A program made the translations under genes and the position numbers. The notes below the pieces were generated by a model. It did no database searches. It was given only the letters and a program-made list of their open reading frames with translations, and was not told the DNA's origin. A stretch of 64,000 nt of DNA. It comes from Octopus sinensis (lineage: Eukaryota). The DNA lies in assembly GCF_006345805.1 (NCBI RefSeq), contig NC_043002.1:29636001-29700000 (forward strand), given 5' to 3'. Below are positions 41,392-54,546 of the stretch, in pieces (the stretch's first letter is position 1; each line of letters opens with the position of its first letter).

Positions 41392-41685
41392 GAAGGTGCG
41401 TGGCTTAGTGGTTAGGGCATTCGGCTCACGATCGTAAGGCTGTGAGTTCAATTCCCAGTAACGTGTTGTGTCCTTAAGCAAGACACTTTATTTCACGTTG
41501 CCCTAGTCCACTCAGCTGGAAAAAATGAGTAGTACCTCATACTGTGTCTCCTTGAGTTTATGTCACGCTGAATCTCCTTGATAACTACGTTAAGGGTACA
41601 CGTGTCTGAGGCGTGCTCAGCCATTTGCACGTTAATTTCACGAACAAGCTGCTCCAATGATCGTATCAGCTGGGACCCTCATCGT
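41392..41685 (+). mobile_element. tRNA-derived SINE
   Basis: Head GAAGGTGCGTGGCTTAGTGGTTAGGGC...GAGTTCAATTCCC; body cactttatttcacgttgc; tail shared with the 55180 family. Confidence 0.85.
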
Positions 41686-41703
41686 TGGCCACTACACACA
41701 TTT

Positions 41704-41862
41704 TATTTCTCTCCTTGTTTTTTCTGTGTCCCTTTCTGTAGAAGAGCGTAGGCTCGAAACGTAAAAGGCTTTTTTCTATTCCTGAGCGCTATACTAATAC
41801 ATCTATTTGTTTTGTACACCACTTGTCTTCGTCTTTTGTTTTTTTTTCGCAAACTTTCCCTT
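41704..41862 (+). repeat. Dispersed ~160-bp repeat carrying the minimal hammerhead motif
   Basis: Second copy of 16070-16225; ends in (TA)n. Confidence 0.8.
41731..41768 (+). ncRNA. Minimal type I hammerhead-like motif (A6U core variant)
   Basis: CCTTT-CTGTAGA-A-GAGC-GTAG-GCTC-GAAA-C-GTA-AAAGG: 5-bp stem I, 4-bp stem II, palindromic ACGT in place of stem III. Confidence 0.6.
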
Positions 41863-42640
41863 TATATATATATATATATATACATTTGTATGTATATGAA
41901 GATAGATAGAGAGGTAGTTTCATAGACAAATAAGAATAATCGCTTGAACAACATTCTTTAGAATGTACAGAATAGTACAATTGCTTCCAAACATCGTTAC
42001 CCCCGTACTACATTGGTGAGATGACATAAACATATTGTGTAACAAAAGTATTCCCACTCTGTGATGTTATCCAGTAGCCAATTACTGCGAATGAACTTTG
42101 CGTAGCATACCACAAACTTGTTACCAATATCTTATTCAATTATATGTATATGTGCGTGTGTTTGTGCGTGTGTATATTTTGTGTGTATGAGCGTGTGTGT
42201 GTTTATGTATGTATAAGTTTCCTTGAGCGCACATTTGCAGTTACCTATGCTTCTGAATATTAAAAAGAAAGAGCCATAATAAAAATTTTTAAAATGCCGG
42301 GTGTATATGAAATAGTAAAATGTCACATATTGGCAGGTGAAGGAACTAAATACCAAAAGTTGTATAAATCTGTTTCTGTACATAGACCGCCTATTACAGG
42401 ATAAACAGAACGGTTTTAAATATCTCACCTGGTGACATTTTATGCCCTTGTTTATTTCCATAAACAAACAAATTAAAATAACATAAATGCTCTCAAACTA
42501 AAGTGACAAAGTTTTTTTTCAATAAGCTCCAAGGTTGAATGTTCAAAATTGGAAAGGATTATTTAGAGTTTCAGGAGGAAAAGGAATAACCAAAGTAAAC
42601 TACGCAAACACTTTCGAACGCATGCTCAAGAATCCCGACA

Positions 42641-42692
<52 letters not shown>

Positions 42693-42755
42693 ACACACAC
42701 TAACATACGCAGCACACACACACACGCACAAACACACACACACACACACTACACA

Positions 42756-42795
<40 letters not shown>

Positions 42796-42969
42796 TCACA
42801 CAATGAAAAAATTAAATTATACTATATAGAAATTTATTTCGTATTTCTAAATAAGTTTGGAAAATATCTCTAATATTATTATTATTATTATTATATTATT
42901 ATTATTATTATTATAATTATTATTATTATTATACATATATGTACATATCTACATATGAATATATGTATA

Positions 42970-43023
<54 letters not shown>

Positions 43024-43027
43024 ATAT

Positions 43028-43400
43028 GGTGGCTGTGTGGTAAGTAGCTTGCTTTACCAAACACATGGTTCCGGGTTCAGTCCCACTGCGTGGCATCTTG
43101 GGCAAGTGTCTTCTACTATAGCCTCGGGCTGTCCAAAGCCTTGTGAGTGGATTTGGTAGGCGGAAAGTGAAAGAAGCCCGTGTATATATGTATATGTATA
43201 TGTATGTGTATGTGTGTGTGTATGTGTTTGTCCCCCTAGCATTGCTTGACAACCGATGCTGGTGTGTTTATGTCCTCCGTAACTTAGCGGTTCGGCAAAA
43301 GAGGGACCGATAGAATAAGTACTGGGGTCGATTTGCTTGACTAAAGGTGGTGCTCCAGCATGGCCGCAGTCAAATGACTGAAACAAGTAAAAGAGTAAAA
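43028..43400 (+). mobile_element. SINE with internal (TA/TG) microsatellite, near full length
   Basis: gtggctgtgtggtaagtagcttgc...ccgggttcagtccc (A/B-box-like head)...ggtgctccagcatggccgcagtcaaatgactgaaacaagtaaaaga; other copies in the window. Confidence 0.85.
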
Positions 43401-43927
43401 TAGAGAGAGTATATATATACATATATGTACATACCTACATATATATGTGTATATACATGCATATATGGGTACAGGATATGAAAAAAACGTTGGACAGCTA
43501 CTGTTTCTTGCTTGCAAAAATGCCAGTAACATCGCCACAAACATACATGTCCTGCTACCAAGAGTGCAAAAATATTCATCGTAAGTGAACTCTCATTCTC
43601 ATTGCTTCTGAAGTAGAGAATTGATATTTCTCACCAATTGAACGAAGTTAGATAACAGGATTTCGTTGGTGAGACGCTTGTCAAACGATGGCAGGCGGCT
43701 TCATTGATATCGGAGTTGTTTGCAGCGGCTTTCTGGTGTAATCGGTGTGTTTTCTCCCGTAGAAAATTCGTTTGACACTCAAGTAATTGGAGAAGACGAT
43801 ACATGCCACCAGCATGGGTGCCATTTGTGTGACACTCGTATCTGCCACGACTGCGATTTTGCTCAGCTTGATGGGTCTTCTTCTCAAGTACAGCATAATG
43901 TCAAATATCTTGGTCATTGCTTTTGTG

Positions 43928-44027
43928 AGGCCCAACACTCGAAGTGAACTCAGTCACTTTGCCTCCATCAGACCCAACGCTCGAAAGGAACTCAGGCACA
44001 TTGTTTCCATCAGGCCCAACACTTGAA
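43928..44027. repeat. Tandem repeat, ~42-bp unit x2.4
   Basis: ggcccaacactcgaagtgaactcag / gacccaacgctcgaaaggaactcag / ggcccaacacttgaaa. Confidence 0.75.
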
Positions 44028-44082
44028 ATTTAGTTCTCACTGTCCCTCTCTGGTGAAGTGTACAAGCTAAGGGGCAAAACAG

Positions 44083-44365
44083 GTATGATAGTGAGATATA
44101 TGCTGACGATGTGGCTGCGTTTCCGACATAATGATGACTTTATTCTCAACCAGAACAAACTGCAATATCTTTGATGAAATATCGGTAACTTGCAGATTCT
44201 GGAAGGGCAGATTTATATTCAAGAAATACAAATATGATACTGAGATATATGCTGATGATATGGGCAGCATAATGATGACTTTATTCTCCACCAAGAGAGA
44301 CTGTAATATCTGTAACTCATGCAGTTTCTACGAGGGGCAGATGCATATCTCACAAATACAAGTAT
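44083..44365. repeat. Diverged tandem duplication, ~150-bp unit x2
   Basis: tatgata.tgagatatatgctga.gat.tgg...cataatgatgactttattctc.acca...gggcagat.tat...aaatacaa occurs twice. Confidence 0.85.
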
Positions 44366-44979
44366 AAATGTGTTTATCACTTTATAGGTTATTCCAAACT
44401 TAGTTTTCAACAAACGAACGAGAAAAAAAAACTTCAAATGAAAATATCCTTATTTTAATCCATAGAAAACAATTTTTTGACCCTACATAATTATAAATTA
44501 TCTCCCTTGCCATATAACCTAAACGTTTCTAACTTAGTTAAACACAACTCCTTTTCTTTTGTTCTTCATCACATCCTTTCGTTGTTAACCATATATTTTT
44601 GTTGTCACTCTCTCAGCCGTATAATATATATAGTTTTATCTAATACATTTTACATTTTTGTTTCATCTTACTGCTTTATATTCTTTAACTTAGTCTTACA
44701 TATTATATATCAGCATATACTCTACTTTTTTGTAAGCTTTGTAAAGTAGACTAAGGCAAAACTTTGAAGTGTACGTTATCCATTTCAAAGTGTCTGTTTA
44801 TGTATGTGCGTTGGTGTATGAATAAGTGTTTGTGTGTGTTTGTGTCAGTGCATATTCAAGCGTTTGCTCTTTTGAACTAAACACACACACACATACACAC
44901 ACACAAATATATATATATATACAAAGAGAGAGAAGGAGAGAGAGAGATAAATATCCATACATATGTTGTCTATATATGT

Positions 44980-45015
<36 letters not shown>

Positions 45016-45048
45016 CATACCTACACACACATACACACACACCACACA

Positions 45049-45107
<59 letters not shown>

Positions 45108-47759
45108 GATATATATATATATGAGAGAGAGAGCGAGAGAGAAAGAGTCTGGATGAGAAAGCACATCCTGCTTAAGTTTCTCATACACGTTGTGACATAC
45201 AGATATCTTGTATCACATTGTTTAACTCAATTTATTGCTGCTGTGGCAGAGATATCAGCTGGTGTTGTGATGGTTGGTGGTAAAGGTGACGTTGAGAATG
45301 AGGTTGTCGTTGTTGTTCCTGTTTTTGTTGCTGTTGTTGTTGCCATTATTATACTGATGGCGTATGTAAATACATGTCTGTTATTACAGTGAGAAAATAT
45401 TCCAATATACCGCCGTCATCACCACTAACGCTATCACATGTTTTTTCTTTGTTCTTAAACACACTTTCTTCCTCCTCCTTCTGCCCCTCATCTTTATCAT
45501 TATCATTATCATCATCTTCATCCTTATCCTCCTCCTCCTCCTCCTTCTCCTCATCGTCATCATCATCAATGCACCGCTACTACTATCATCGTCGTAGCTC
45601 TCCTCCTTCTCCTCACAATCACCATCATCGGCGTCATTATCAACGCTATCAGCATCATCCATATACTCCTCCCTCCTCCTCCTAATCAACATCATCATAA
45701 TCATCATGTTCAACAGCAACATCTAGGCCATCACCTGCCTCATCGTCGCCATTAGCAACAGCATAAAGAATAAATATCACAAATGCATCACCTCTATATT
45801 GAACAGTGCCTTCTTGATGCAGGTTACCACGCAATACTACATATTATAATACCTATTATAATACCTAAAACTACGCGCCTTCACTAGTCAGTTAAGGTGA
45901 GACAGTGTCACGTGACAACTTACTTGAGCTGCATGCTGGAGCCTAGCGGCAGGTATTTAAACGGAAAAATTGGACAAGTCAGTCAGTCACCGGCTGACAC
46001 TTTGACGATACATCAGAGGCCAGGGAACAGAAGAAAGAAGAAGAAAGAAGACATGCACCCAACACCAAAGCTGAAGACACCTCCGAAGGGGGAGGGGCGC
46101 CACGTCAAAACGGTAGAGGGGTAGGGGCCGAAACCGGACGTGGTTCCACCTGATGACGTCTTGAGCTAACTGGATCCTATAAAGGAGCTGTTGTGGTAGC
46201 AGACCACGAAATACGGTTGTAATTCCCCCTTCCTTTACTACAGAGATGTGGTAAATTGCCTACAGAAAATTTATCTTGACGTGAATAGACTGATGTGAAC
46301 CTGACCCAACCGAAGTCTGTAAACGTGTCTATTATGTTACATATTTCAGCATAAAACCACGTTATAGAAGACTGCTAGCCCTTCAGTTCCGACTGTAATA
46401 TGTTGGACGATCTGTGAGATACGCCCAATTTACGGTCGGGCTTTTATCTACAACCAATAAAAATGGACAGCGTCTGCAGAGGAGGAAAATGTCTGAACTA
46501 GAAATGACATCCTGTTGTTTTCCCCACGAAATCTGGAACTTATCCGTAAACTCTAAACCTTATAAACTTCAGCAGAAACTGCCGAGTAAATATTTGTGAA
46601 CAGTAACAGCATCTATTAGGGCATAATCGCATATTTCCGACGCTAACACTTTATGTAATGAAAAAGTTGATACTGGTTGAGGATATTGAAAATACAGTTG
46701 TGTTAGAGGACTCTGTTATTGTTTCCATATAAATAAAGTAATGAAGCAACATAAATTATAAATAAGCAAGAACTGTTATTTTCTGAGGTGAGATCCATTG
46801 CATTATAATACTCCTTGTTTCTATTTCATGCTGAAAGAGCAAAGCAAATCAAAAACTGATGTACAACTTTCAAATAGCTTGAGAATAACATACCGATTCG
46901 TATACCATTTATAACGTACCTACATAATGTACCGACACTAGCAGAGTTTATTATTTTATCCTACAGAAACTTCTCTTGAAAGACTGTTTGTCTGAAACTT
47001 AGCCCATTATGAATTAACGCCAGCGGACGGGAAGACACCTGTGTTTGCACTTAATACTGCCTCCTCAGGGGCGGACTTTTCCGGATATACTAGGGCAGAG
47101 TTTGGTTCTTATATATAGAAGACAGCAAACAAAGCACTGATTTGTGCAAGAGATGGCTAGACTCATTTTATTACAATGTGAGCATTTAGAACTATATATG
47201 ATAAAAACTGCACTACACGTATCTTATTTGATGTTTGAACTAACATAAAACTGTATCACATACTGTTATTTTTGTCCCAGAGAAACTTCTTCAGTGAATT
47301 TGTTACGTTTTCTGAAAACTTGGTCTTCTGCTTTGCTTGTCTCTTAATTATATATATGTGAGTGTGAAGTGTCACACTTCTCGATCAGAGGGGTAAATAA
47401 AAGGAGTAATTAAAACTCCAACCCCAGTTAACCTCTACTTATCATTATGTTATCCAATGGATCCTTCTCTTTCAAGGTGCTAGTGTTTTTTTTTGCGAAA
47501 GGGTTAGTATCCTGTTCGATGACAATCTTTGTGATATTCTCGCCAATGCTTGTAACTGTAGTTTCATGTTTGATCTTTTACAACAATTCATTCGTATAAA
47601 ACACACACAAAAGACAAAAAACATTCCGTGCAAGTACTTGCCTCGTATCTTATTTGAGTGCCCAGGAAAGGATGAAAAGCAAAGAAACTTCAGCAGGGTT
47701 TGAGCTCCGATGTATATAACCGTAAATAAATAAATAGCGCAAGGCATTTTTATCTAATA

Positions 47760-48270
47760 CTAGCAGTATCGTCCGGCGTTGCTCGGGTTTGTAAGGGAAA
47801 TAACAATATAAGCATTTTTAGAGAGTTAATTCCCTTATAGATGCCAATTCGGCTTTCTTAGCCATTCTGTTTTGGTGTCTTCAAGCCATGAAGTCGTTGT
47901 TCTAAAAGAACGCTGGTCTCCTTGCAAAACGCTTTACGACGTTGATTTCCTTACACTCCCATCTCCACAGCTTCACGAGGGAGGGAAGAAGGGGAGAAGC
48001 AAACAGGTGCAGGTGTGACCATGGACGCCAACTCCGCCGCCATCGACACACGAAAAATTATGCATTAAAATGGAATAAAAAATGATGTTAAATTATTTTT
48101 AAAATCGTAGACTCATCGTAGACGCGCGCTAATACTTAGACGGGCTCGATATGAATCACGACTATAAGATAACCGAATTTGGTTAAACTGCACCGCAAAA
48201 TGTGGGAGTAGTTAGGAATCTAAATCGAAGGGGACAGACACTCACACAACTACAGTTTTATATATATAGA
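47760..48270 (-). mobile_element. Non-autonomous Helitron (~511 bp)
   Basis: Minus strand begins TCTATATATATAAAA and ends with an imperfect GC hairpin CCCGAGCAACGCCGG followed by CTAG. It sits between host A and T with no TSD. Confidence 0.85.
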
Positions 48271-49105
48271 TTGTAATGATCCAGAAGCCCCGGCTCCTAG
48301 AAGCCAGTGAGCAAAGACATTCCAGCCGTGACTAACCTGCCTAATATACTAATATAATAATCTAGGACTAGAAAATTAAACATTTTATTATTCTACGTTC
48401 ACTTTACGAATATTTAGCTGATATTTATAGAAAATCAGCTGATCTCTAATGTTTTTGACATTGTAGTCGCACACATGTAGTTGGTTTTGCGGTTAAGAAT
48501 GGATGATATTTAAGTCTTGCATTTATGAACAGATATATTACAACACAGACTAAGGCACAGATAAAGCGTACGCACACACACAAACGTACAGACACTTGCA
48601 TGCTTACACACGCACACATATATACTAAAAAGCAAATCTTATGAATTCAGGTAAATGGAGACTGAGAACCACAAATACTTTCACACAGACACAAAAACAC
48701 AAATACACACACACAAACACATTCAAACGCATTCACACACACAAACATATCCATACACACACTCACACATAAACACACACATACACACACCATATACATG
48801 TATATGTATTCTGCGTAAATACAAAACACCGCAAACACAACAGAACCAATAGCTAGAATGACAACGCTAACGCCGACTTACAGCTGTGTAAGCAAATAAA
48901 TAGAGAAATTGGCAGCTACATTTTTTTCTTCCTTCGCATTTTTAAAACCAATATGTACGTACATATACTACTTGTATGTATATGGTTATATGTATTTACA
49001 TATAAACATTCAGAAAAACACGCACAGTATACATATGAATAAAAATATATATACATAAATACATAAATACAGATATAATATATATTATATATATATATTA
49101 TATAG

Positions 49106-49139
<34 letters not shown>

Positions 49140-49797
49140 ATAGGTATATGTGTATATATAGATATATATATTTATAATTATGTAAATGTATAAGTATATA
49201 TATGAGTGTATGTATGTAGGTTTATATATACACATAGGTATACACACACGTACACACACACAAATACAAATGACGTGTACAAAGTGTGAATCTTCTTGTG
49301 TAGATGTATAAAGGCGAATATGCAAATAAGTATACATTTGATCCTAAATATATGAAGAATCATATTATTCTTGGATTCATCCACTTTTCGTTGTTTTTTT
49401 TCTTCCTTTCTCTCTCTTTGTTTCTCTCATTCTATAATTAGAGTGTGTGTGTGTGTGTGCGTTTGTGAGTGTGTATGTGAGTTTATGTTAGGATGCACAC
49501 TCACATATAAACATGTTTTTTTATATATATATATTATTATATATATATATATATGTATGTGTAATAATATATATATAATTTATATTATATATATATTATA
49601 TATAATATATGATGTATATATATCTATAATGTATGTACGCATGTATGAATACACGTACAAATACATACATATCTATACTTATATATAGTTACATATACAT
49701 AAATATATTTGTGTCTTTGTGACCATATTATAAGCTATCTTGGTGTCCATGTATATAATGTTACAAATTTACATTGAATCAAGCCTGCCATATATTA

Positions 49798-49847
<50 letters not shown>

Positions 49848-50550
49848 TATATAGAGAGAGAGATACTTATATATATATGTGTGTATGTTTGTATGTATAT
49901 ATGTATACATATATATATATATACATATATACACAAACACGTATCTATTTAGGTATGAGTGTGTATGTTTTGTGAAGGCGTATGAAATATAAAACGCCGA
50001 AAAACGTGGTATGTCGCGGTAAGCAACAGCCGTTGAATAGAAAACCTTTAATTCTGATATTCCACAGCAAGTTTTCTCATGAGAGATCTTCCTTCATTTA
50101 CACCTTACACAGAACGTGTACATATGTGTCGAAGATGTACAAGTGTGGGTAGAAATTAAAGTGAAGACTGAAATTGTACGCCAAAGTATGTATTTTTGTA
50201 ACTCCTTTTCATAACTTAACTACTGCAATTTCTATCGAATAAAATTATCTGCAATATATCTAATATATGTAGTACAAGACATAAATCTTATGTTTTTGCT
50301 AGAATTCTGGATGATTTACGAATGTATATGCGTGTATGTGTGCGTGTGGGTGCGTGCGTTTCGTGAGTGAGCGCGCGTGTATATATAGACGACGTATGAG
50401 GATCCACAATTTCTTACCGAACAACCACAGACGTGATTTGCATATAGTGATCGAATGTTTGTGTAGACATAAGCTCACTCCCTCCATCAAATCGACATTA
50501 CATGTTCAGGTGCAACAGGGTTCCACATGTCAGATGCCGAAGTAATCACG

Positions 50551-50652
50551 GAGCAACGTGAAATGAAGTTGTTTTCTGAAGAACACAACGCAAGACCGGT
50601 CTGGGAATCGAATCCACGATCTCGCAATCGTGAATACAACACCTTAACCACT
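50551..50652 (-). mobile_element. SINE head fragment (41392 type)
   Basis: gagcaacgtgaaatgaagt...gaacacaacgca...ccggtctgggaatcgaa...taaccact. Confidence 0.65.
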
Positions 50653-50939
50653 GTGTATACACACCTACACACACACACCACACACACACACACACACACA
50701 CCACACACACACCACACACATATATATATATATATATATATGTTAGTCAATGAAATTCCAACTTAGTTTGATTTTTCCGTCTTATTATTTGCAATTTTTA
50801 TAAGCTTACAATGTTGAAATAAAGTAGTACTTTCATGCGTTATGCAATCATCAGGTTTATGTAGTGACAGTCGTATTCCTAAATTAACAACTGTGCCAAT
50901 TCTGGAAAAGGAGTGTCACTACATAAACCTGATGACTGC

Positions 50940-51039
50940 NNNNNNNNNNNNNNNNNNNNNNNNNNNNNNNNNNNNNNNNNNNNNNNNNNNNNNNNNNNNN
51001 NNNNNNNNNNNNNNNNNNNNNNNNNNNNNNNNNNNNNNN
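50940..51039. other. Assembly gap (100 N)
   Basis: Run of exactly 100 N, a usual scaffold placeholder. Confidence 0.99.
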
Positions 51040-51360
51040 CAGCTGTCGCTAGTTAGACTCAAGCGCTTGTTTCGAAGGCGAGACAGGACCACCATCGTAA
51101 AACTAGGCCTTCCTGCGAGAGAATTAAAATAAAATTCCAAGTAGCCGGGTGAAAAACGGTTAAGAACACAAAAAGGACGTAATAATAAAATAATTATTAT
51201 ATAATAATATAATAATTATTATTACGTCTTGTTTGTGTTCTTAACCGTTTTTCACCCGGCTGCTTGGAATTTTATTTTAATTCTCTCGCAGGAAGGCCTA
51301 GTTTTACGATGTGTCCTGTCTCGCCTTCGAAACACGCTTGAGTTTAACTAGCGACAGCTG
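51040..51360. repeat. Inverted duplication (~155-bp arms) abutting the assembly gap
   Basis: 51040-~51195 is the reverse complement of ~51205-51360 with small indels. Confidence 0.9.
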
Positions 51361-51831
51361 ATGATCGGGGACTTTTCCTTATTTTCTTGTTATAATTTTA
51401 TGTTTTTCCCGTTTCTACGTCCTGTTGTGGTGTCCTGTACTCACGTATATTTATTATATATGCATGTATATACTGATAGATGTATGGTATGTACATATAT
51501 GTTGTAGTATGCATAATTTAATTATTACATTAATATATCATATGCAGTAAAGCATTACCAACGACAATGTGTAACCAGGAAGCAAATTATTACTTAATGT
51601 CAAGCGCAGAAACTTCTTAAAAAAGGAAACTATTTGATTATTAATTGCAAGCACAAGATTCTTAGAAAACTCAGAATCCTTTTCGAAAAGGGCATTGCAA
51701 CTACCCTACCCGAAAACAGTGGAACACAATTCTCTAGATCTATCGGACACCTACCATTAATTTACTCACTTTTCATTTTAACTGTCTCAAAAAAGGGTAG
51801 ATAAAACTCCTATTAGAGTTTTACTGTACAC

Positions 51832-52090
51832 CACTTTATTTCACGTTGCTCCAGTCCACTGAGCTGGCAAAAGTGAGTTGTACCTTTGAAATACAAAGGG
51901 CTCTTTTTGCCCTTTGTATTTCAAATGTCCAGCTTTATGCCACTCTGTGTAACGCTTAATCCCCCTGAGAACTACGTCAAGGTTAGGTGTCTGTGGAGTG
52001 CTCAGCCACTAGCACGTTAATTTCATGAGTAAGCTGCTCCGTTGATCGTACCAGCTGGGACCCTCGTCGTCGTAACCGACGGAGTGCTCT
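51832..52090 (+). mobile_element. 5'-truncated SINE of the 41392 type
   Basis: cactttatttcacgttgctccagtccact...gctgggaccctcgtcgtcgtaaccgacggagtgctc. Confidence 0.8.
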
Positions 52091-52950
52091 CATGTATATA
52101 TATATTCCTCAGAATTTGTATAGATGAATTACCGAATTATACCTTGAAACTTGAAACTCTCCTAAACCCCTTTATTTATTCATTTTTTCCATTGACACGC
52201 AAACAATCGTCGAAACCGATTTTGTATTCGAAGAAACCTATTACAAGATTATATCTGTTTCAATACACGATTTCACATTATGAATCTTGCAAAACAAATA
52301 TAAATGTAATATAGTTACATGCTTGTACTTTTATCTTTCCCTCCTTTTGTATTTATGTACTTATTAATTTATTTATCTATCCTATGTGCTTGTATTTGAC
52401 TACATTTTGGATGGTAATTATTCAATAATCTCAATCAGGACACGGGTGTTCAAACGTATGTTTTTTGAGAGACCAATTAAACTATATGCACTTCTTATTA
52501 GTGGTAAAGTACGTAACTATCAAACCTATTAAGCAATCAATTACGGGTGAATTGTTGATCACTAAATGATACGTAAGGTTCGCATTTTGTCAGAATCATT
52601 TGGTCATTGTTTGTGAAATCAGCAGAAAAGCTTTCGTAATTCTAAATTTCTAACAAATTATAGAAAAACGTTGTCAAACACATATGGATACACATACACA
52701 ACGATCCATCCATCCATCCATACATACATACATACATACAAACATACATGCATACATACCTGCGTTCATGCATATATATATACATAAGTACATACATATG
52801 TATTTGTTTCAACATGTGTTTGACACTAATCTTATTGGAAACATGTACGTATCTGTGTTCACACATACATGTGCGAATTTCTGAATTCTGAACGCACACA
52901 CATCTCTATCTATATCAGTGTGTGTGTGCACGTGTATATATATGTATATT

Positions 52951-53006
<56 letters not shown>

Positions 53007-53042
53007 GATATATATATATATACAATATATATATATATTATG

Positions 53043-53074
<32 letters not shown>

Positions 53075-53146
53075 ATATAATATAGATATATATATATATA
53101 TATACATACATATAATTATATTGTATATATATATATCTAATATATC

Positions 53147-53205
<59 letters not shown>

Positions 53206-53843
53206 GGATATATATGGACGCGTATAAACAATATATTCGACTACACGTTTCCAGTTGATGCAACAATATACACGTACATACTTTACTCATTTATACACCA
53301 ACCAACGATATGACCAATTTCTTACAATAACAAGACCTTGTCGAATGTGACACAAACCGTCCCTTGGGATATGTCATTTCACAAAGATCTAATTAGGACA
53401 CTAAATTATGTTGAGACGCATTCCGCTATGTCATTTTCTAAATGGATTTCCACACACACATACACATTGTTTTATACAAATACACATGTAAAAAAAAACT
53501 ATGTAATGTGTGAATATGTATGTATGTGTATCTATCTAGCTAGCTAGCTGACTAAATATCTATCTATCTATTTCTCATTCTCTCTCTCTCTTATATATAA
53601 GGATAAAATCTATATAAGATTTATCAAGTAGCCAGCGTGTAAAATCAATTGAGAAAAAAATTGATACAAAGTATATAACTGTTTTCCTTCAATATAAAAT
53701 ACATTATTATATCAAAGGTTATTACTATAAGTAATGCCTCAGGCTATAATGGAAAACTAAAGTCAAACTACTTCATTGCATATACACAGGCACCGAAATC
53801 GTGAGAATGAAAATTGATGAAGTTTCTTTAAAAAAGGCTTAGA

Positions 53844-53914
53844 AACTTTTAAAAATAGCAGCCAAAGAACTTAGCTATTTCTTCTAAGTTCTTTGGCTGC
53901 TATTTCTAAAAGTT
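53844..53914. repeat. Inverted repeat, 31-bp arms, 9-nt loop
   Basis: aacttttaaaaatagcagccaaagaacttag / ctaagttctttggctgctatttctaaaagtt, one mismatch. Confidence 0.9.
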
Positions 53915-54085
53915 CAGTATGTGGCAAGGCAAATGTTTTTTTGCTGAACCCTAATTATAATTATACTCATAATTATAAAAAGTAATGTTTAAGTTTACCG
54001 TAAATGGTCCTTTAAACATGCTGAACACTACTTGGTGGAATTATCAATTACTAATTAATTAATTAATTTTACCCGTTGTTATTAT

Positions 54086-54128
<43 letters not shown>

Positions 54129-54133
<5 letters not shown>

Positions 54134-54199
54134 AAGACCCCCTTCGGTCAGGCACTGACCATGGGTTTGCACCTAGAGAGATACCCTCTGAGGCACAAG
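54129..54199 (-). mobile_element. Inverted 3'-end fragment of the adjacent SINE family
   Basis: Reverse complement of ~54471-54546 with several substitutions. Confidence 0.85.
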
Positions 54200-54200
54200 C

Positions 54201-54546
54201 GAAGGCGCATGGCTCAGTGGTTAGAGCGTCGAGCTTACGATCGTGTGGTTGTGAGCTCGAATCCCGGACCGGGCTGCGTGTTGTGTTCTTGAGGAAGGCA
54301 CTTTATTTCACGTTGCTCCAGTTCACTCAGCTGTAGAAATGAGTTGCGACGTCACTGGCGCCAAGCTGTATCGACCTTTGTCTTTCCCTTGGATAACACT
54401 GGTGGCGTGGAGAGGGGAGGCTGGTATGCATGGGCGACTGCTGGTCTTCCATAAACAACCTTGCCCGGACTTGTGTCTAGGAGGGTAACTTTCTAGGTGC
54501 AAACCCATGGTCAGTCATGACCGAAGGGGGTCTTTATCCTTTACCT
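54201..54546 (+). mobile_element. tRNA-derived SINE with alternative tail
   Basis: Head GAAGGCGCATGGCTCAGTGGTTAGAGC...CTCGAATCCC; body as 41392; tail ...catgaccgaagggggtctttatcctttacct. Confidence 0.85.

Noticed and set aside
51283-51345. GAAGGC/GCCTTC stem followed by GAAAC
   Set aside because: No recognisable CUGANGA upstream, and the region is of doubtful assembly quality.
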